The position numbers and the translations under genes are program-made. A stretch of 64,000 nucleotides of DNA from Nitrosopumilus sp. (GTDB lineage: Archaea > Thermoproteota > Nitrososphaeria > Nitrososphaerales > Nitrosopumilaceae): the NCBI GenBank assembly GCA_965203315.1, contig OZ241857.1, forward strand, positions 320,001 through 384,000. The letters run 5' to 3'. This document shows, piece after piece, positions 41,450-52,900 of this stretch; within the stretch, counting starts at the first letter, position 1; every line of letters starts with the position of its first letter. Below the pieces are notes generated by a model. That model saw only the letters and a list, made by a program, of their open reading frames with translations. It was not told the origin of the DNA and made no database searches.

Positions 41450-41620
41450 ATGTATATTACTCAGAAAGAAAAAGATCGGCTAGAAAGAGTATCAGAGTAT
41501 TCAAACGCCAATTACGTTAGTCCATACCTAAAAATTCATGATATAAGAAGATATATAGATGGGAGCGTTTGGATCGATTGTCAACGATTATCTATGCCAA
41601 TAAGGAGAATTATAAGGTAA
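41450..41620 (+). CDS. Small hypothetical protein (56 aa)
   Basis: ATG-initiated ORF ending 6 bp before the next gene; below the ORF-track cutoff. Confidence 0.35.
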   Translation: MYITQKEKDRLERVSEYSNANYVSPYLKIHDIRRYIDGSVWIDCQRLSMPIRRIIR

Positions 41621-41626
41621 CTGAAC

Positions 41627-41821
41627 ATGAAAAGTTATAATTGCACTGGTTGTGGAGGATCATTCAGTTATACATATGAGGTGGGTAGTAAAATTTTTTG
41701 TCAAAAATGTTGTAATGAGCAACTATCACTGGGCATAAAACCTACAACCAATATTGTGAAATCAATAGTCATGTCATTTAAAAAATGTCGACTTGTTGCA
41801 CACCACAGTCAAGATCATTAA
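41627..41821 (+). CDS. Small zinc-finger protein
   Basis: CTGC...CQKC. Confidence 0.5.
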   Translation: MKSYNCTGCGGSFSYTYEVGSKIFCQKCCNEQLSLGIKPTTNIVKSIVMSFKKCRLVAHHSQDH

Positions 41822-41885
41822 TGTATGGAAAGTATTTAAGAATCACTTGACGATCCAATACCTTACGAAATGACGGTATCACAAA

Positions 41886-43637
41886 ATGGAACAAATTAAT
41901 AACATAGATATCAGATTTCCAGACCCATATGGAATAAAGAATGCATTACGCAACTGTAATGTACAAAATCCAGAATTTTTAGACATTACATTAAAATCAT
42001 ACAAAATACTCTCAAGATTCAAAAATAAAAAATTACACATAAAAGAATTTCTTGATGCGAATGAGAATGTCAGTATATTTGATCATCAAATACTTGCAGC
42101 ACAAAAAATAAAAAACAGTTTTGGAGGAACTGCTCTGCTTGCCGATGAAGTAGGACTTGGAAAAACTGTGGAGGCAGGAATAATAATCAAAGAATTTATC
42201 ACTACGGATCTTGCAAAAAAGATATTAATTCTTGCACCACCATCACTTTTACCGCAGTGGCAAGATGAACTCCGAAACAAATTTGACCTTGATTTTATAA
42301 ACCAAAAAGGAGACCCTCGATTTCATAATGCCATGTCACATGACCTACTTATAATGTCTCATTCATCTGCTACATATCCAAAACATGCCAACTTACTAAA
42401 TTATGCTTACTGGGATTTGGTCGTAGTTGATGAAGCACACAGTATGAAAAATCCTGACACATTCAAGCACAAACTTGTCAAAAATCTTCCAAAACGTAAC
42501 CTGCTACTACTTACGGCAACCCCCATACAAAATAATCTAAAAGAACTTTACAACCTAATTGAACTCTTACGTCCAGGATATCTCGGCACATGGAAGCAAT
42601 TTAGAGAAAAATACTCTAGTGATCCTCAGTTCAGAATGATCAATTCTGAATATAGGAATGAATTACAGAATATTTTGTCTACGGTGGTTATTAGAACCAC
42701 CCGAAATGAAGTGAGAGAGTATATAAAAATGGCAGACAGAATTCCATCTACCAGAATACTTGAACCCACAGATGACGAAAAAAGACTTTATGATGAAATT
42801 ACTAGAATCATACAAGGTCAATACGTGACAAACGGAGACGCTTTTTCACTTATGATATATCAGAGGCTCGCATCTAGCAGTACTAGAGCATCAAAAAGAG
42901 TATTGTACAAGCTAAAAACAAATGGGGTAATTTCTTCAGAGCTGTATCAAAAGATAATGTCCGTGGCAGACAATATCCAGATCGATTCAAAGTTTTTGGC
43001 ACTGCTTGACATGGTACAAAAAAACACATCAAAGTTCCTCATATTTACCGAATTTCATGTGACGCAAGACTACATTCGAGACAATTTGGAACAAAACGGG
43101 TTCTCTGTTACTCTATTTAATGGAAAGATGAGTTATGGTGATCGACTTGAATCTGTGCAAAAATTCAAAGGCGATACACAAATAATGATATCTACTGCAG
43201 CAGGAGGCGAGGGACAAAACCTTCAATTCTGCCACAACATTGTAAATTATGATCTTCCATGGAATCCTATGCGGATAGAACAGCGAATAGGTAGAGTACA
43301 CAGAATAGGCCAAAAAAACGACGTGTACATATACAATTTTGCATTAAAAGGCACGATCGAGTCATATATTTTAGATCTTCTCTATGTCAAAATCAACCTG
43401 TTTCAGATGACTCTTGGAGATATGGACATTATGTTTGAGGATTCATGGGCAGGAGGTTCCCCACAAACGTGGTTTAAGGAATATATGAATGCATCAAGCG
43501 AAGAGGAAAGAATGAATAAATTTTCCTCAATAGGGAATGATTGGAAGGACCGTACAGCGACTGTAAACAATGCTATACATAGTTTTAATGTGAACGTGTT
43601 CAAGAATTTTGATCTATCTTCTAGGAGTGATAAATAA
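41886..43637 (+). CDS. SNF2-family helicase (YqhH-like)
   Basis: LADEVGLGKT, DEAH, TATPIQN, GEGQNLQFC, PWNPMRIEQRIGRVHRIGQ. Confidence 0.92.
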   Translation: MEQINNIDIRFPDPYGIKNALRNCNVQNPEFLDITLKSYKILSRFKNKKLHIKEFLDANENVSIFDHQILAAQKIKNSFGGTALLADEVGLGKTVEAGIIIKEFITTDLAKKILILAPPSLLPQWQDELRNKFDLDFINQKGDPRFHNAMSHDLLIMSHSSATYPKHANLLNYAYWDLVVVDEAHSMKNPDTFKHKLVKNLPKRNLLLLTATPIQNNLKELYNLIELLRPGYLGTWKQFREKYSSDPQFRMINSEYRNELQNILSTVVIRTTRNEVREYIKMADRIPSTRILEPTDDEKRLYDEITRIIQGQYVTNGDAFSLMIYQRLASSSTRASKRVLYKLKTNGVISSELYQKIMSVADNIQIDSKFLALLDMVQKNTSKFLIFTEFHVTQDYIRDNLEQNGFSVTLFNGKMSYGDRLESVQKFKGDTQIMISTAAGGEGQNLQFCHNIVNYDLPWNPMRIEQRIGRVHRIGQKNDVYIYNFALKGTIESYILDLLYVKINLFQMTLGDMDIMFEDSWAGGSPQTWFKEYMNASSEEERMNKFSSIGNDWKDRTATVNNAIHSFNVNVFKNFDLSSRSDK

Positions 43638-43638
43638 A

Positions 43639-44427
43639 ATGGATCAGAATGAGGACATAAGGGACTATGTACTAGAATTTTTTACAATAATTGGCTCCGA
43701 TATATCTAAAGTTGATAATTCAGTATATCACGTATCTGTGCCAGATCAGTACGTAATTTTTTTCAATAAACCGAAACTTGTGTTCACATTTGATGATAAT
43801 ATTGCTGCAAAATATGGGTGTGATCTGGTAAATGTGGGAAGTAATATACTATCTACAATCATTAGAATTTGTAGCACTATGGGCCCCATATCAATAAAAA
43901 AATCGAAAAGAGTGAGCAATGGACATATCGTGATTCGCTGTTATTTTTTTGTAAATTTTTTATCAATTAATAATTGGTCAGAAATATTATTCATAGATAT
44001 TGATTGGAATACGTTAAAACCTGTGACAATAAACACTTCTCTTGAAGATGGTAATTTTTCTTTGGATATGATAAAAAATGATCCAAAAAAAATCACAGCA
44101 GTATATGCATCTGCACTAAATGAGATCAAAACAAAATGTATTGATTTTAAATTGAAGTTTTTAGATGATGTCAATACTTTATTTCAGAACGATTTTAAGT
44201 TGCTAGTTGAAAAATATGACACGCAAATACGCGAGTTAGATACAGCAATTAATGATAAGGCAAAAACTTTGGATAATGCAACAAAATCCAGTGAATTTAG
44301 ATTTGATACTGTGAAAAAAATTGAGTCTATAGAAAAAGAGAAATCCATGGTAGCAGAGACACTACAAAGAAAATATCGTGTCACGTTAGAGTACAAGCTT
44401 GTTGCATGCGAAATAATCTTAAACTGA
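43639..44427 (+). CDS. YqhG-like partner protein
   Basis: IRDYVLEFF N-terminus, LVFTFD, C-terminal coiled coil; immediately follows the SNF2 gene. Confidence 0.55.
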   Translation: MDQNEDIRDYVLEFFTIIGSDISKVDNSVYHVSVPDQYVIFFNKPKLVFTFDDNIAAKYGCDLVNVGSNILSTIIRICSTMGPISIKKSKRVSNGHIVIRCYFFVNFLSINNWSEILFIDIDWNTLKPVTINTSLEDGNFSLDMIKNDPKKITAVYASALNEIKTKCIDFKLKFLDDVNTLFQNDFKLLVEKYDTQIRELDTAINDKAKTLDNATKSSEFRFDTVKKIESIEKEKSMVAETLQRKYRVTLEYKLVACEIILN

Positions 44428-44855
44428 TTGCATGTTTGCCTGATAGTGGAATCTAAGTTCTAAACCATCATCAGCTGACTAACAACAAGATTGAAAACTG
44501 TTTAAGATTATCAAGGATCGTAACACTACAAAAGCGTAGAGTAGCCCAAGTACACAATGAGCATCTATGTTCTTTGCACTGTGTAGAGGGATCTTTTTGA
44601 TTTACATGGGGTAGAATTTTTACAGAAAAAGTACCAAGATCTCATGGGGGTGTTTACAGAAAAAGTCTTGTAAACTTTTATCCAACATAAATCTAAAAGA
44701 TCCATAGAGTGCGTGAGTAGTAAAACAGACACCTGCGATCAAGACGATCAACGGTGCGATCAGGAAAACAATACAAAATTCTAACATTGGCTTTGTGTGG
44801 GGTTTGATAGCCACTGAGGGCATCGTATATCCAATCATCAAACCTTTTTATTGAT

Positions 44856-45725
44856 ATGGGCGGAGTGAAATACATGGAAGAGAAGTTTGAGTATATTCCT
44901 TTGGAAAAAATTCAAGTTCAAAAACATAACGTCCGCATACATGACATAGACCAAGGAATCGAAGAGCTGGCTCAGAGCATAAAGTCACTTGGATTATTAC
45001 AGCCAATTGCAGCATATTTTAACTCTAAAACAAGTGAGTATGTGATTCTTACTGGGCAACGAAGACTTAATGCATACCATTTGCTTAACAAAGAATATCC
45101 TGGAGAAGTATACGATAAAATTCAATGTAAAATAATACCTGAGCCAGAATCTGATGATAAAAAGAAAGCTCTATCCCTCGCTGAGAATATTACGCAAAAC
45201 CAAATGACTAATAGCGATCTCATAAAAGCAGTTACAGATCTGTGGAACATATATGGAGATTATGAAATGGTTAAAGAAGAATTCGGAATTACTAAAAAAC
45301 AAGTTGACACATATGTCAGACTAGCAAGATTACCAGATGAAGTAAAAACAGCCATTCAAAATGGTGAGATACACCCCAACCCCAAAACTGCAGAAAGGAT
45401 TTCTTTGAAGGCTGTTGATGCGTTAGACTTTACTGTAAATGGCGAAACTCCAGTGAGGGACGTCATTGAATTAGCAAAAGAAATGGGTAAAAAGGAAAAC
45501 AATCCTGCAGACCTTGCAGATGAGGCAAAACGTGGAGGCACTAGTCAGGAAATAGTAAAAAGAGCCCGAGAGAAGAAGAAAATAAAACATCAAATTAATT
45601 TAACTCTAGAACATGCAGACAAACTTGAGCGCATATCTGAGTCAAATGGCGAAACTCCAGAGTCGAGAGCAACTCAATATGTTATAGATGGTGTAGACAA
45701 GGACTATAATGAGCTAGGTGATTAA
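44856..45725 (+). CDS. ParB/Srx-domain protein with HTH
   Basis: ELAQSIKSLGLLQPI, GQRRL, LSLAEN. Confidence 0.88.
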   Translation: MGGVKYMEEKFEYIPLEKIQVQKHNVRIHDIDQGIEELAQSIKSLGLLQPIAAYFNSKTSEYVILTGQRRLNAYHLLNKEYPGEVYDKIQCKIIPEPESDDKKKALSLAENITQNQMTNSDLIKAVTDLWNIYGDYEMVKEEFGITKKQVDTYVRLARLPDEVKTAIQNGEIHPNPKTAERISLKAVDALDFTVNGETPVRDVIELAKEMGKKENNPADLADEAKRGGTSQEIVKRAREKKKIKHQINLTLEHADKLERISESNGETPESRATQYVIDGVDKDYNELGD

Positions 45726-46512
45726 ACTGAGCAAATTTGTGTTGGATACACAGGAATATGCCAAGTTACTAAATAGTGTAGGGCAACAAGGTGCAAAAAC
45801 TAGTAAAAGGCGCCCATTAACTCCAATACAATGCGCAGAATATATACAAAAACTTGTTGAAGCAGAACCGGAAAGCAAGGATAAAATTGCAAAGAGACTG
45901 AGTCTTGGCAAGCCCAAAAACGTGACAAATATGTACAAAAAGCGCGATACATCTCAGATCCAGATGTTTTTAAATTTACTAAAACTTTCTTCCAAAAGCA
46001 GGCAACATGCAGGGTGGCAATATGATGGATATCCTTACATTCCATTTAGCACCATGGCACAACTTGCAACAATGAAAAACCTGACCTCTCAGGAACAAGA
46101 CATGATAATTCAATCAATACATAATTCAAAAAATAAAAAACGCGTGTTAGGAAAGGAAGATATTAAAAAGATAAAAAAATGGCGTAATGAAAACCCTGAT
46201 TTGTCGATTGAGGAATGCATTAAAACAGTATTTGATCTCAAGCCAGTAACAACAGTTAACCATATAATCATAATAGAAATACACAATAGCCTTCAAGAAT
46301 TTATAAATTCCCACGATGATTATGGGGAAAAAATACTATATATGTTAAGAAATAACCTTCCGGGTGAATTTTATGACATAACTGCAGGAGAATCTGCAAT
46401 GTCAATATCTATGAATGAAGATGCATATAAAATATTCCATGAACATCAATACATGAAAAAAATATCATACACAAAATTTTTCAACAAATTTTTGGAGAAT
46501 AAAATTGAATGA
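45718..46512 (+). CDS. Hypothetical HTH-like protein
   Basis: LTPIQCAEYIQKL...KIAKRLSL resembles a ParB-type HTH; 8-bp overlaps with both neighbours. Confidence 0.65.
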   Translation: MIKLSKFVLDTQEYAKLLNSVGQQGAKTSKRRPLTPIQCAEYIQKLVEAEPESKDKIAKRLSLGKPKNVTNMYKKRDTSQIQMFLNLLKLSSKSRQHAGWQYDGYPYIPFSTMAQLATMKNLTSQEQDMIIQSIHNSKNKKRVLGKEDIKKIKKWRNENPDLSIEECIKTVFDLKPVTTVNHIIIIEIHNSLQEFINSHDDYGEKILYMLRNNLPGEFYDITAGESAMSISMNEDAYKIFHEHQYMKKISYTKFFNKFLENKIE

Positions 46513-47554
46513 CACAGTAGACATTATTTGCAATCAAAATCAATTCAGGAATTGCCCCATAAAGCTTGACGGCATAACGTGCGACGGGTATGATGAAAAC
46601 ACCAAGATAGGTGTTTTTTCACACTTTCATCATAATCATATAGAAAGTATGCCGATATGTATTTCAACATACGATACGCTGATAACACACAAGCTGACTT
46701 TTGAAGGGATAAATGCACTGCAACCAGGGATGAGATTGAGAGAACAGTGGGTAACTCTGGATTATGATACTGCATATGTTTTTGCTGAGGGAACAATAAG
46801 ACTACTGAAAGCAAATCACATTCCTGGTTCATCACAGGTCTATGTAGAATCCAATGGAAAATCATTACTATATTCGGGTGACTTTAGTTATCCTGATGTG
46901 CAGATCAGACAGGCAGATTACTTGGTAATAGATTCCACACATGGAGATCCTTGGATGGATAGTAACACTGACAGGAAATCAGTACAAAATCGTATGTTTG
47001 AATATATTAAAGAAAATATTGAATTGTATAAACAAATAGTTATCCAAGTTCCTACTGGGACTCTACAGGAAATAGTCAAACACCTTGAAATTGGATATGG
47101 GAGAAAGATGCCTGATGACATCTATTTCGTCATGGATAAAAAACAAGAAAATATTTTGCACAGTATTTATGAAAGTGTTAAAAAAGAGTTTAGAAAAATT
47201 GTGGAATATCAATCGTCAGAGTTCTGGAACAACGTAAGAAACAACAAAAAATGTTTAATTTTTACCACACAATTAAATATATTGGACGAAGAGTTACGCG
47301 AATTTCATAAGATTATTATTGATAGGTATAGATTAACAAAAGAACAGCCCACTATAATTCCTATCAATCATGGATGTAGATTTAACTTGGCAGCACATGC
47401 ATCAATAAATGGCATATATGAATACATTGCATCGGTTAATCCAAAATACGTTATAACTGATAATTCTCGAAGCGGTTATGCCAAACAGCTTGCCAAACTA
47501 ATTGAACAGAAATTTCCACACATCAAGACTGATTACAAGCCTCATTTAGATTAA
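46505..47554 (+). CDS. Metallo-beta-lactamase/beta-CASP-type nuclease
   Basis: SHFHHNH, ANHIPGS, YSGDF, DSTHG, AAHAS. Confidence 0.8.
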   Translation: MNDTVDIICNQNQFRNCPIKLDGITCDGYDENTKIGVFSHFHHNHIESMPICISTYDTLITHKLTFEGINALQPGMRLREQWVTLDYDTAYVFAEGTIRLLKANHIPGSSQVYVESNGKSLLYSGDFSYPDVQIRQADYLVIDSTHGDPWMDSNTDRKSVQNRMFEYIKENIELYKQIVIQVPTGTLQEIVKHLEIGYGRKMPDDIYFVMDKKQENILHSIYESVKKEFRKIVEYQSSEFWNNVRNNKKCLIFTTQLNILDEELREFHKIIIDRYRLTKEQPTIIPINHGCRFNLAAHASINGIYEYIASVNPKYVITDNSRSGYAKQLAKLIEQKFPHIKTDYKPHLD

Positions 47555-47558
47555 CTCA

Positions 47559-49658
47559 CTATTTGGAGCATTGATCGTCATACCATCTTCTAAGATCTTT
47601 GTATTCTGAAGGCAGTTCGTATGGTAGTGGGGCTATTCTGCATCCTTCTCTGCTAGGATGATATGGTTCGCCTCTTTTGTATAGTCTGTACATGCCTAGA
47701 CTTGTACGATATAATTTTCTGTGAGATTTAGATGATCCTGGAATATTGGCTACACAAACCCAAGATATGTTGTAGTATAATGTCTTAAGAGAAGCACTGC
47801 ATAATTTTTGCTCGCTTATCTGCCATATTATCTCTTTATTTGTAAATACGCGACTCATTCCATCTTTCTGTTGTAATGTCGCAACAGCTATCCAAACAGC
47901 TGTGGCAATACGCAACTTACCACCCTCTATCCGATCGCTATTCTTCACCTTTTTGTCTTTTTTAGCTAGTGATTCTATATTTTTGACTCGGTTTGCAATC
48001 AATCGTGCCAAGTTCACTATCTTATCTTGATTGTTCTCTTCACCCTCCCATTCGTAATAATCTGTTGCAAAAAGTGCTATGTGTAATCCTAGCTGAGGAT
48101 CTGAATGAAGTCCACTCTCATTAAGTTTCCTTAACTCGTCAGGAAGTCGCCACGGCGTTCTCACGTGCAGCAAGATATCTTTCTTTGAGATTTTAGGGTG
48201 GTTATGTACTATTTCGTGCAAGGATTTCACATTGATGAATTCTAGAGTGAGAGTTCGTTGTAGCGGTTTTTTTATATTTTTCTTGTTTGTTTTATATGAT
48301 TCTAGTACTTGTTGCACTATGTTATTTAAATCGTCTGTCGTGAGTAGTGATTTGCTCTGTTTCACTGTTACGTGACCACGTGTCTGAGAATTTGATTCGG
48401 GGACATCATCTTTTAATTTGGTCGGGCTTGCTGGATAATTAAACTCGAATAGGTAATCTAAGAACACATCTTGGTGTTTTATTTCTTTTATGGAAATACT
48501 GTCTATTCTTTTTAGCCTATCTTTAAGTCGAATCCTATCCTTTTTGGGTATCTCAAGTTGAGAACAAAGATCGGAAAAACACACTCCATCGGTACTTGTC
48601 TTTATGATGTGTAGTGCCTTAGAGGTTAGACTATCAAGGGCATCTGTGGGTTGAGATGGTTCGGATTCACGTATATCTAGTTTATCGAGATTACGCAAAA
48701 ACACCCTGTCGATTCTAGATGGATTTTGTTGTAATATGTCTAAACCGAATTTTGATATGTAAAACACTTTTGGTCTCTTCTCCAACAATCCGGAGCGTGT
48801 CATATACGTCTTGGCCCAACTAATCCTTGTAGAAAAGTAATTTCCTCGAGATGGTTTTTCTAACTCAAGATTCTGTTTAGATATCTTAAAGTATGATGCC
48901 AAATATTCTTTTACTTCGGAGGCTCTTCTTTCACGCTCATCTGCCAGAAATTTCAGTATGGGCAACATAATGTCTTCAAATGTTGGAAGTGGAACAGCTT
49001 TTGTAGTGTTTCTGTACCACGGATCATATCCCAATCTATACAAGAAATGCTCCCACGACTTAAATTCTAACTCGTATTGTTTTGTATCGAATCTAGAGTT
49101 CTTATCCATATCTTGTTTTGTGGGTGTGTGTCCAAGCAGATGTTGGATCCTCTCAAACTCCATAATCATTGACACCTTGTTTGGTTCTTTTGAGCATGCA
49201 AGATCTATTATCTGATTTATGTCTGCACCAAACTCTCTTTCTAAGTCAACTACGGACAATGTATTTGGAAGAAATTCATCGATATTTTTATCGTGGTTAT
49301 CAGGTCCTCTTGCCACGATTGCTATTCCAAGGTCCCTTAACATAGATGCACGTCGTTTGTTAAAATAAGAGAGATTTATTCCATCATTATTGGGGTTTTT
49401 TGTCTCGCTGTTTCTTAATTTTTCCTTATATTTCAAATTTCTGGGCTTTTGTCTTATTCTATAATTACAACAGTTACAAAACCACCCCAAAGAATCTGAA
49501 TCTGCTGGTGTTCCGTCCTTAAGATGTGCTCCCTTGTGGCTTATCCATATGTCACATATTTGACACCGTCCCTGCCCAGAACTATACCTGCCTTTTCCTG
49601 TGGGTTTTTTTACACCGTACCTTTTACATATTCCGTTACATATTCTCTTTGGATCCAT
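47559..49658 (-). CDS. Mosaic multidomain DNA-binding protein (Zn finger, Mrr_N, wHTH, ParB-like HTH)
   Basis: CNGIC...CQIC...CNCC; LPTFEDIMLPILKFLAD...RISWAKTYM; internal similarity to island neighbours. Confidence 0.7.
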   Translation of the reverse strand: MDPKRICNGICKRYGVKKPTGKGRYSSGQGRCQICDIWISHKGAHLKDGTPADSDSLGWFCNCCNYRIRQKPRNLKYKEKLRNSETKNPNNDGINLSYFNKRRASMLRDLGIAIVARGPDNHDKNIDEFLPNTLSVVDLEREFGADINQIIDLACSKEPNKVSMIMEFERIQHLLGHTPTKQDMDKNSRFDTKQYELEFKSWEHFLYRLGYDPWYRNTTKAVPLPTFEDIMLPILKFLADERERRASEVKEYLASYFKISKQNLELEKPSRGNYFSTRISWAKTYMTRSGLLEKRPKVFYISKFGLDILQQNPSRIDRVFLRNLDKLDIRESEPSQPTDALDSLTSKALHIIKTSTDGVCFSDLCSQLEIPKKDRIRLKDRLKRIDSISIKEIKHQDVFLDYLFEFNYPASPTKLKDDVPESNSQTRGHVTVKQSKSLLTTDDLNNIVQQVLESYKTNKKNIKKPLQRTLTLEFINVKSLHEIVHNHPKISKKDILLHVRTPWRLPDELRKLNESGLHSDPQLGLHIALFATDYYEWEGEENNQDKIVNLARLIANRVKNIESLAKKDKKVKNSDRIEGGKLRIATAVWIAVATLQQKDGMSRVFTNKEIIWQISEQKLCSASLKTLYYNISWVCVANIPGSSKSHRKLYRTSLGMYRLYKRGEPYHPSREGCRIAPLPYELPSEYKDLRRWYDDQCSK

Positions 49659-49920
49659 ACACTATTGCCAATCGTCATTCCAATAAATCTATATACATCA
49701 ACTGACACTAGTCTGCATACGTATTTCTAAATGGGCCTCTGCACAACATCACGCAACTATCAACGTAGGCCTTGTCATACATCTCGTGTATATGGAACAG
49801 TCCTCACCACATCTTGGTTCATAAACATGTCCTGACAACCGTCTCACTGTGTTGAGCATGATATCACATGCAATTCACATCGAACAGTACATAAACGAGC
49901 ACTAGTTTTGTACATATGTC

Positions 49921-52900
49921 CTAGTCTTTTGTGTCATTCCCACTCGGAACATCCACATCTTCTAATGTGGGAATTTTTGTACTGTCACTAAACCTTCCAA
50001 CAATATCGATCTGCTCTGTAGTAGAGTCTCCGCCAAAGAGCGTTGCATGTGCCATGACAGAATACGTGCCCGTCTGATTTATTGGAATATAGATGACAGT
50101 GGACGTCTCATCTTTATTCTTGATTGGATAGAATCCTCCACCTTCACTAAACGATGATACTCCCAACCAATCAAGCGATGGCCAATCATTCAATTCACCA
50201 AAGACACCTGATGGAACGTTGGTCTGGACGATTCTTCCTACAGGGTCCATAACAAATAGCGCAAGACTGGTATCTTTATTGTACCACGATACCTCTAGAA
50301 CAGCCGAGTCAGTAGAGTTGTCTTGAATATCAAAGTAGAACTGTCTCCAGTCTCCTGCCATATATCTACTCGTCATGTCAAAGGCACCCTTGATGTATCC
50401 TGTACCATACAACACATCACTGCTGTTTGTACCATGTACAACAATCACATCATTGCTGTGTGTTACGGGCTCTTTTACAACAAACGATACGGGTGAATTT
50501 ACCGTATGATGGTCACCAACAAATGTCAAGAATCCTTGATAGACTCCTGTACTGTACACATTTGGTACAACCAGAGTTATATCTACAGTCTCGGTGGATC
50601 GTGGAGGTATCTCTATACTCTGACTGGATGTCCATACCAGTGGCCACCTCTCTTTGGCGTAATAACTAGCAGATAGCGTATAGTTCATCGCAGTTGCATT
50701 ATGCTTTGTATCGCCAACCCAGTACGAGTACTTTACAGGTACAGGATATATCCCTACTAGCGGAACTCCCTCAAATTGTTCAGTTGGCATGTTGACTCGC
50801 AACTCTTGTACAGTCCCCCACGAGCCACCCCTGTTCACCATGACTAGTTCGTCACTATCGATATCTGTATCATCATCGCCGTCGATCCAGTCATATACGT
50901 ACAGAGATGATATCTGGAGATCATCTGCATATGTGGTTGTATCGTTCAGAAACGTATCAAAGTCAAAGTTCACGTTCAGTACCATCAGTGTAGCGGTATC
51001 GGGGATATATCTCTCGTCAAACAACTCTTTGAGTGACGTATGGCTGTGTACATCTGCCAATCTGACATAGTTTGGTACCAGTATACTCGACTTGTTATGT
51101 ACAGGATCTTGTTCTCTCGGTACAGTAACTCCGGTAAACGTCTCTTGACCAACTAGAGATAATCTCTGTGGTATGATATCAACTCTGATCGTATCGTTTG
51201 ATGGATTATGTATGGTATACGTTGTAGTGCTGCGTTCTCCTGCCATCAACTGACCTGCAAACCAACTCGCCATCTGCATAGATTTGTCTGGCAACTTGAA
51301 TCTATCGAGACCAATCGTACTCGAGTTTACATTTTCCATAGCAGGTGACAAGACCTGTAATACATTATGGAATGATCCATCATTGTATGCTGAGAATGTA
51401 CCGTCTGTACCATTGATGTATCGAACAGCTGCATACACATCAACCAGCCCTGCCCCTTGTGTAAATGGATCATTATACAGATCATCTGCACTAGACATCA
51501 AGATACGTTTCAACACAAACGGATCATAGTCAAAGCCATTCTCTCTACTGGCTTCGATCAATACCGCAGCTGCGCCAGCAATCATCGGTGCAGCCATGCT
51601 AGTTCCACCGTATAACCTAAAAGGCTCCACAGTAGAGTCTTTCTTGGACAACACACTCGATGGTGTAAACGAGTATGCTCCAGTACCCATGATATCGGGC
51701 TTTGGATCACCTATTATACTAGGACCGCGACTAGAAAAGTCTACTATATGATTCTGATGTATCGTCTTGTTTCCAAATCTTGGCTGATCCTTGAATGGAC
51801 CATACCCTACAAATACATTATTTGTGGTCGCACCCACAGATACACTAAACGGTGATCCTCCAGGAAGACTGATCGTTCCATAACCATGTCCTGCATTACC
51901 TGCACTGGTTATCATCAGTACGCCACCATAGTCGTCGTGTAACGATTGAGGTACAGTCAGCACTCCAATTATCAACGATAGTATGTCCATTCCAGGTGCT
52001 CTCTCTAGTCCTGGAAAAGTGGACACCCCCCAACTGTTCGATATGATATCTGCGCGTGAATTACCTGTAAACTTCCATGTACCGTTGGTATTATCAAAAC
52101 CAGCTGCCCACAACCAGCCATACACGACATCACCGAACCATAGTGCCTTTATTGGAACTATCTTGGCGTCTGGTGCTACACCAGTTATGGTATACTCGCG
52201 AGTATCGTTGTACACATGATATATAGATACGCCCCTAGACGTTATCGTTGCAGCGCTAGACGTACCGTGTCCATCAAAGTCTGTCATCACTCCAAAGAAA
52301 TCGCCGTTGGGATCTAGTGCGGGTAACAGTGTTCCGTTTACTGCGCCTAGATGATCGTCTATGTGAGACTCGTCATCATGTATCGCACCATAAATATCCA
52401 AGACTCGTGCTCCAACCGTACCTGCTGTATAGTCATCTCGTCCATCACGATTCGAGTCGTACACTAGAAACTCGTTTCCACTTCCTAAAACTATTGGTCT
52501 CTCGTCTGTAAAGTCAAAGTCATAGTTTGGCCTCTTGCCATCTTTGAGATCAAACCTCGTAAAGTCCTTCCAAGATGTAGACATGTCCGGAATTATCGTG
52601 TCATATATGCCAGCCTTGAACGAGTCTACAACTAGAATCGGCACAACTTGAATTCGAGCCAGTGGTCCATCTAGCGAACCCTGATACATCACGCCCAGCT
52701 TGTATATGCCGCTTGCAGATTTGATATAGTTGTGTCTATCTCGTCCTATCTTCATATCTTTGTCTAGTGTACCGTTAAACACTATAGAGTTGCCTCCAGC
52801 TGGAAAGAAAGAGTTGTAGATGGATATTACAGTTCCCTTGTTGTTCTTGTTTATGTCTAGAAAGACTCCTCGGTCAGATACATACACAGACGATGTCATG

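Noticed and set aside
44620-44875. Short minus-strand ORFs between the YqhG-like and ParB genes
   Set aside because: No recognisable motifs; they overlap the probable ParB promoter
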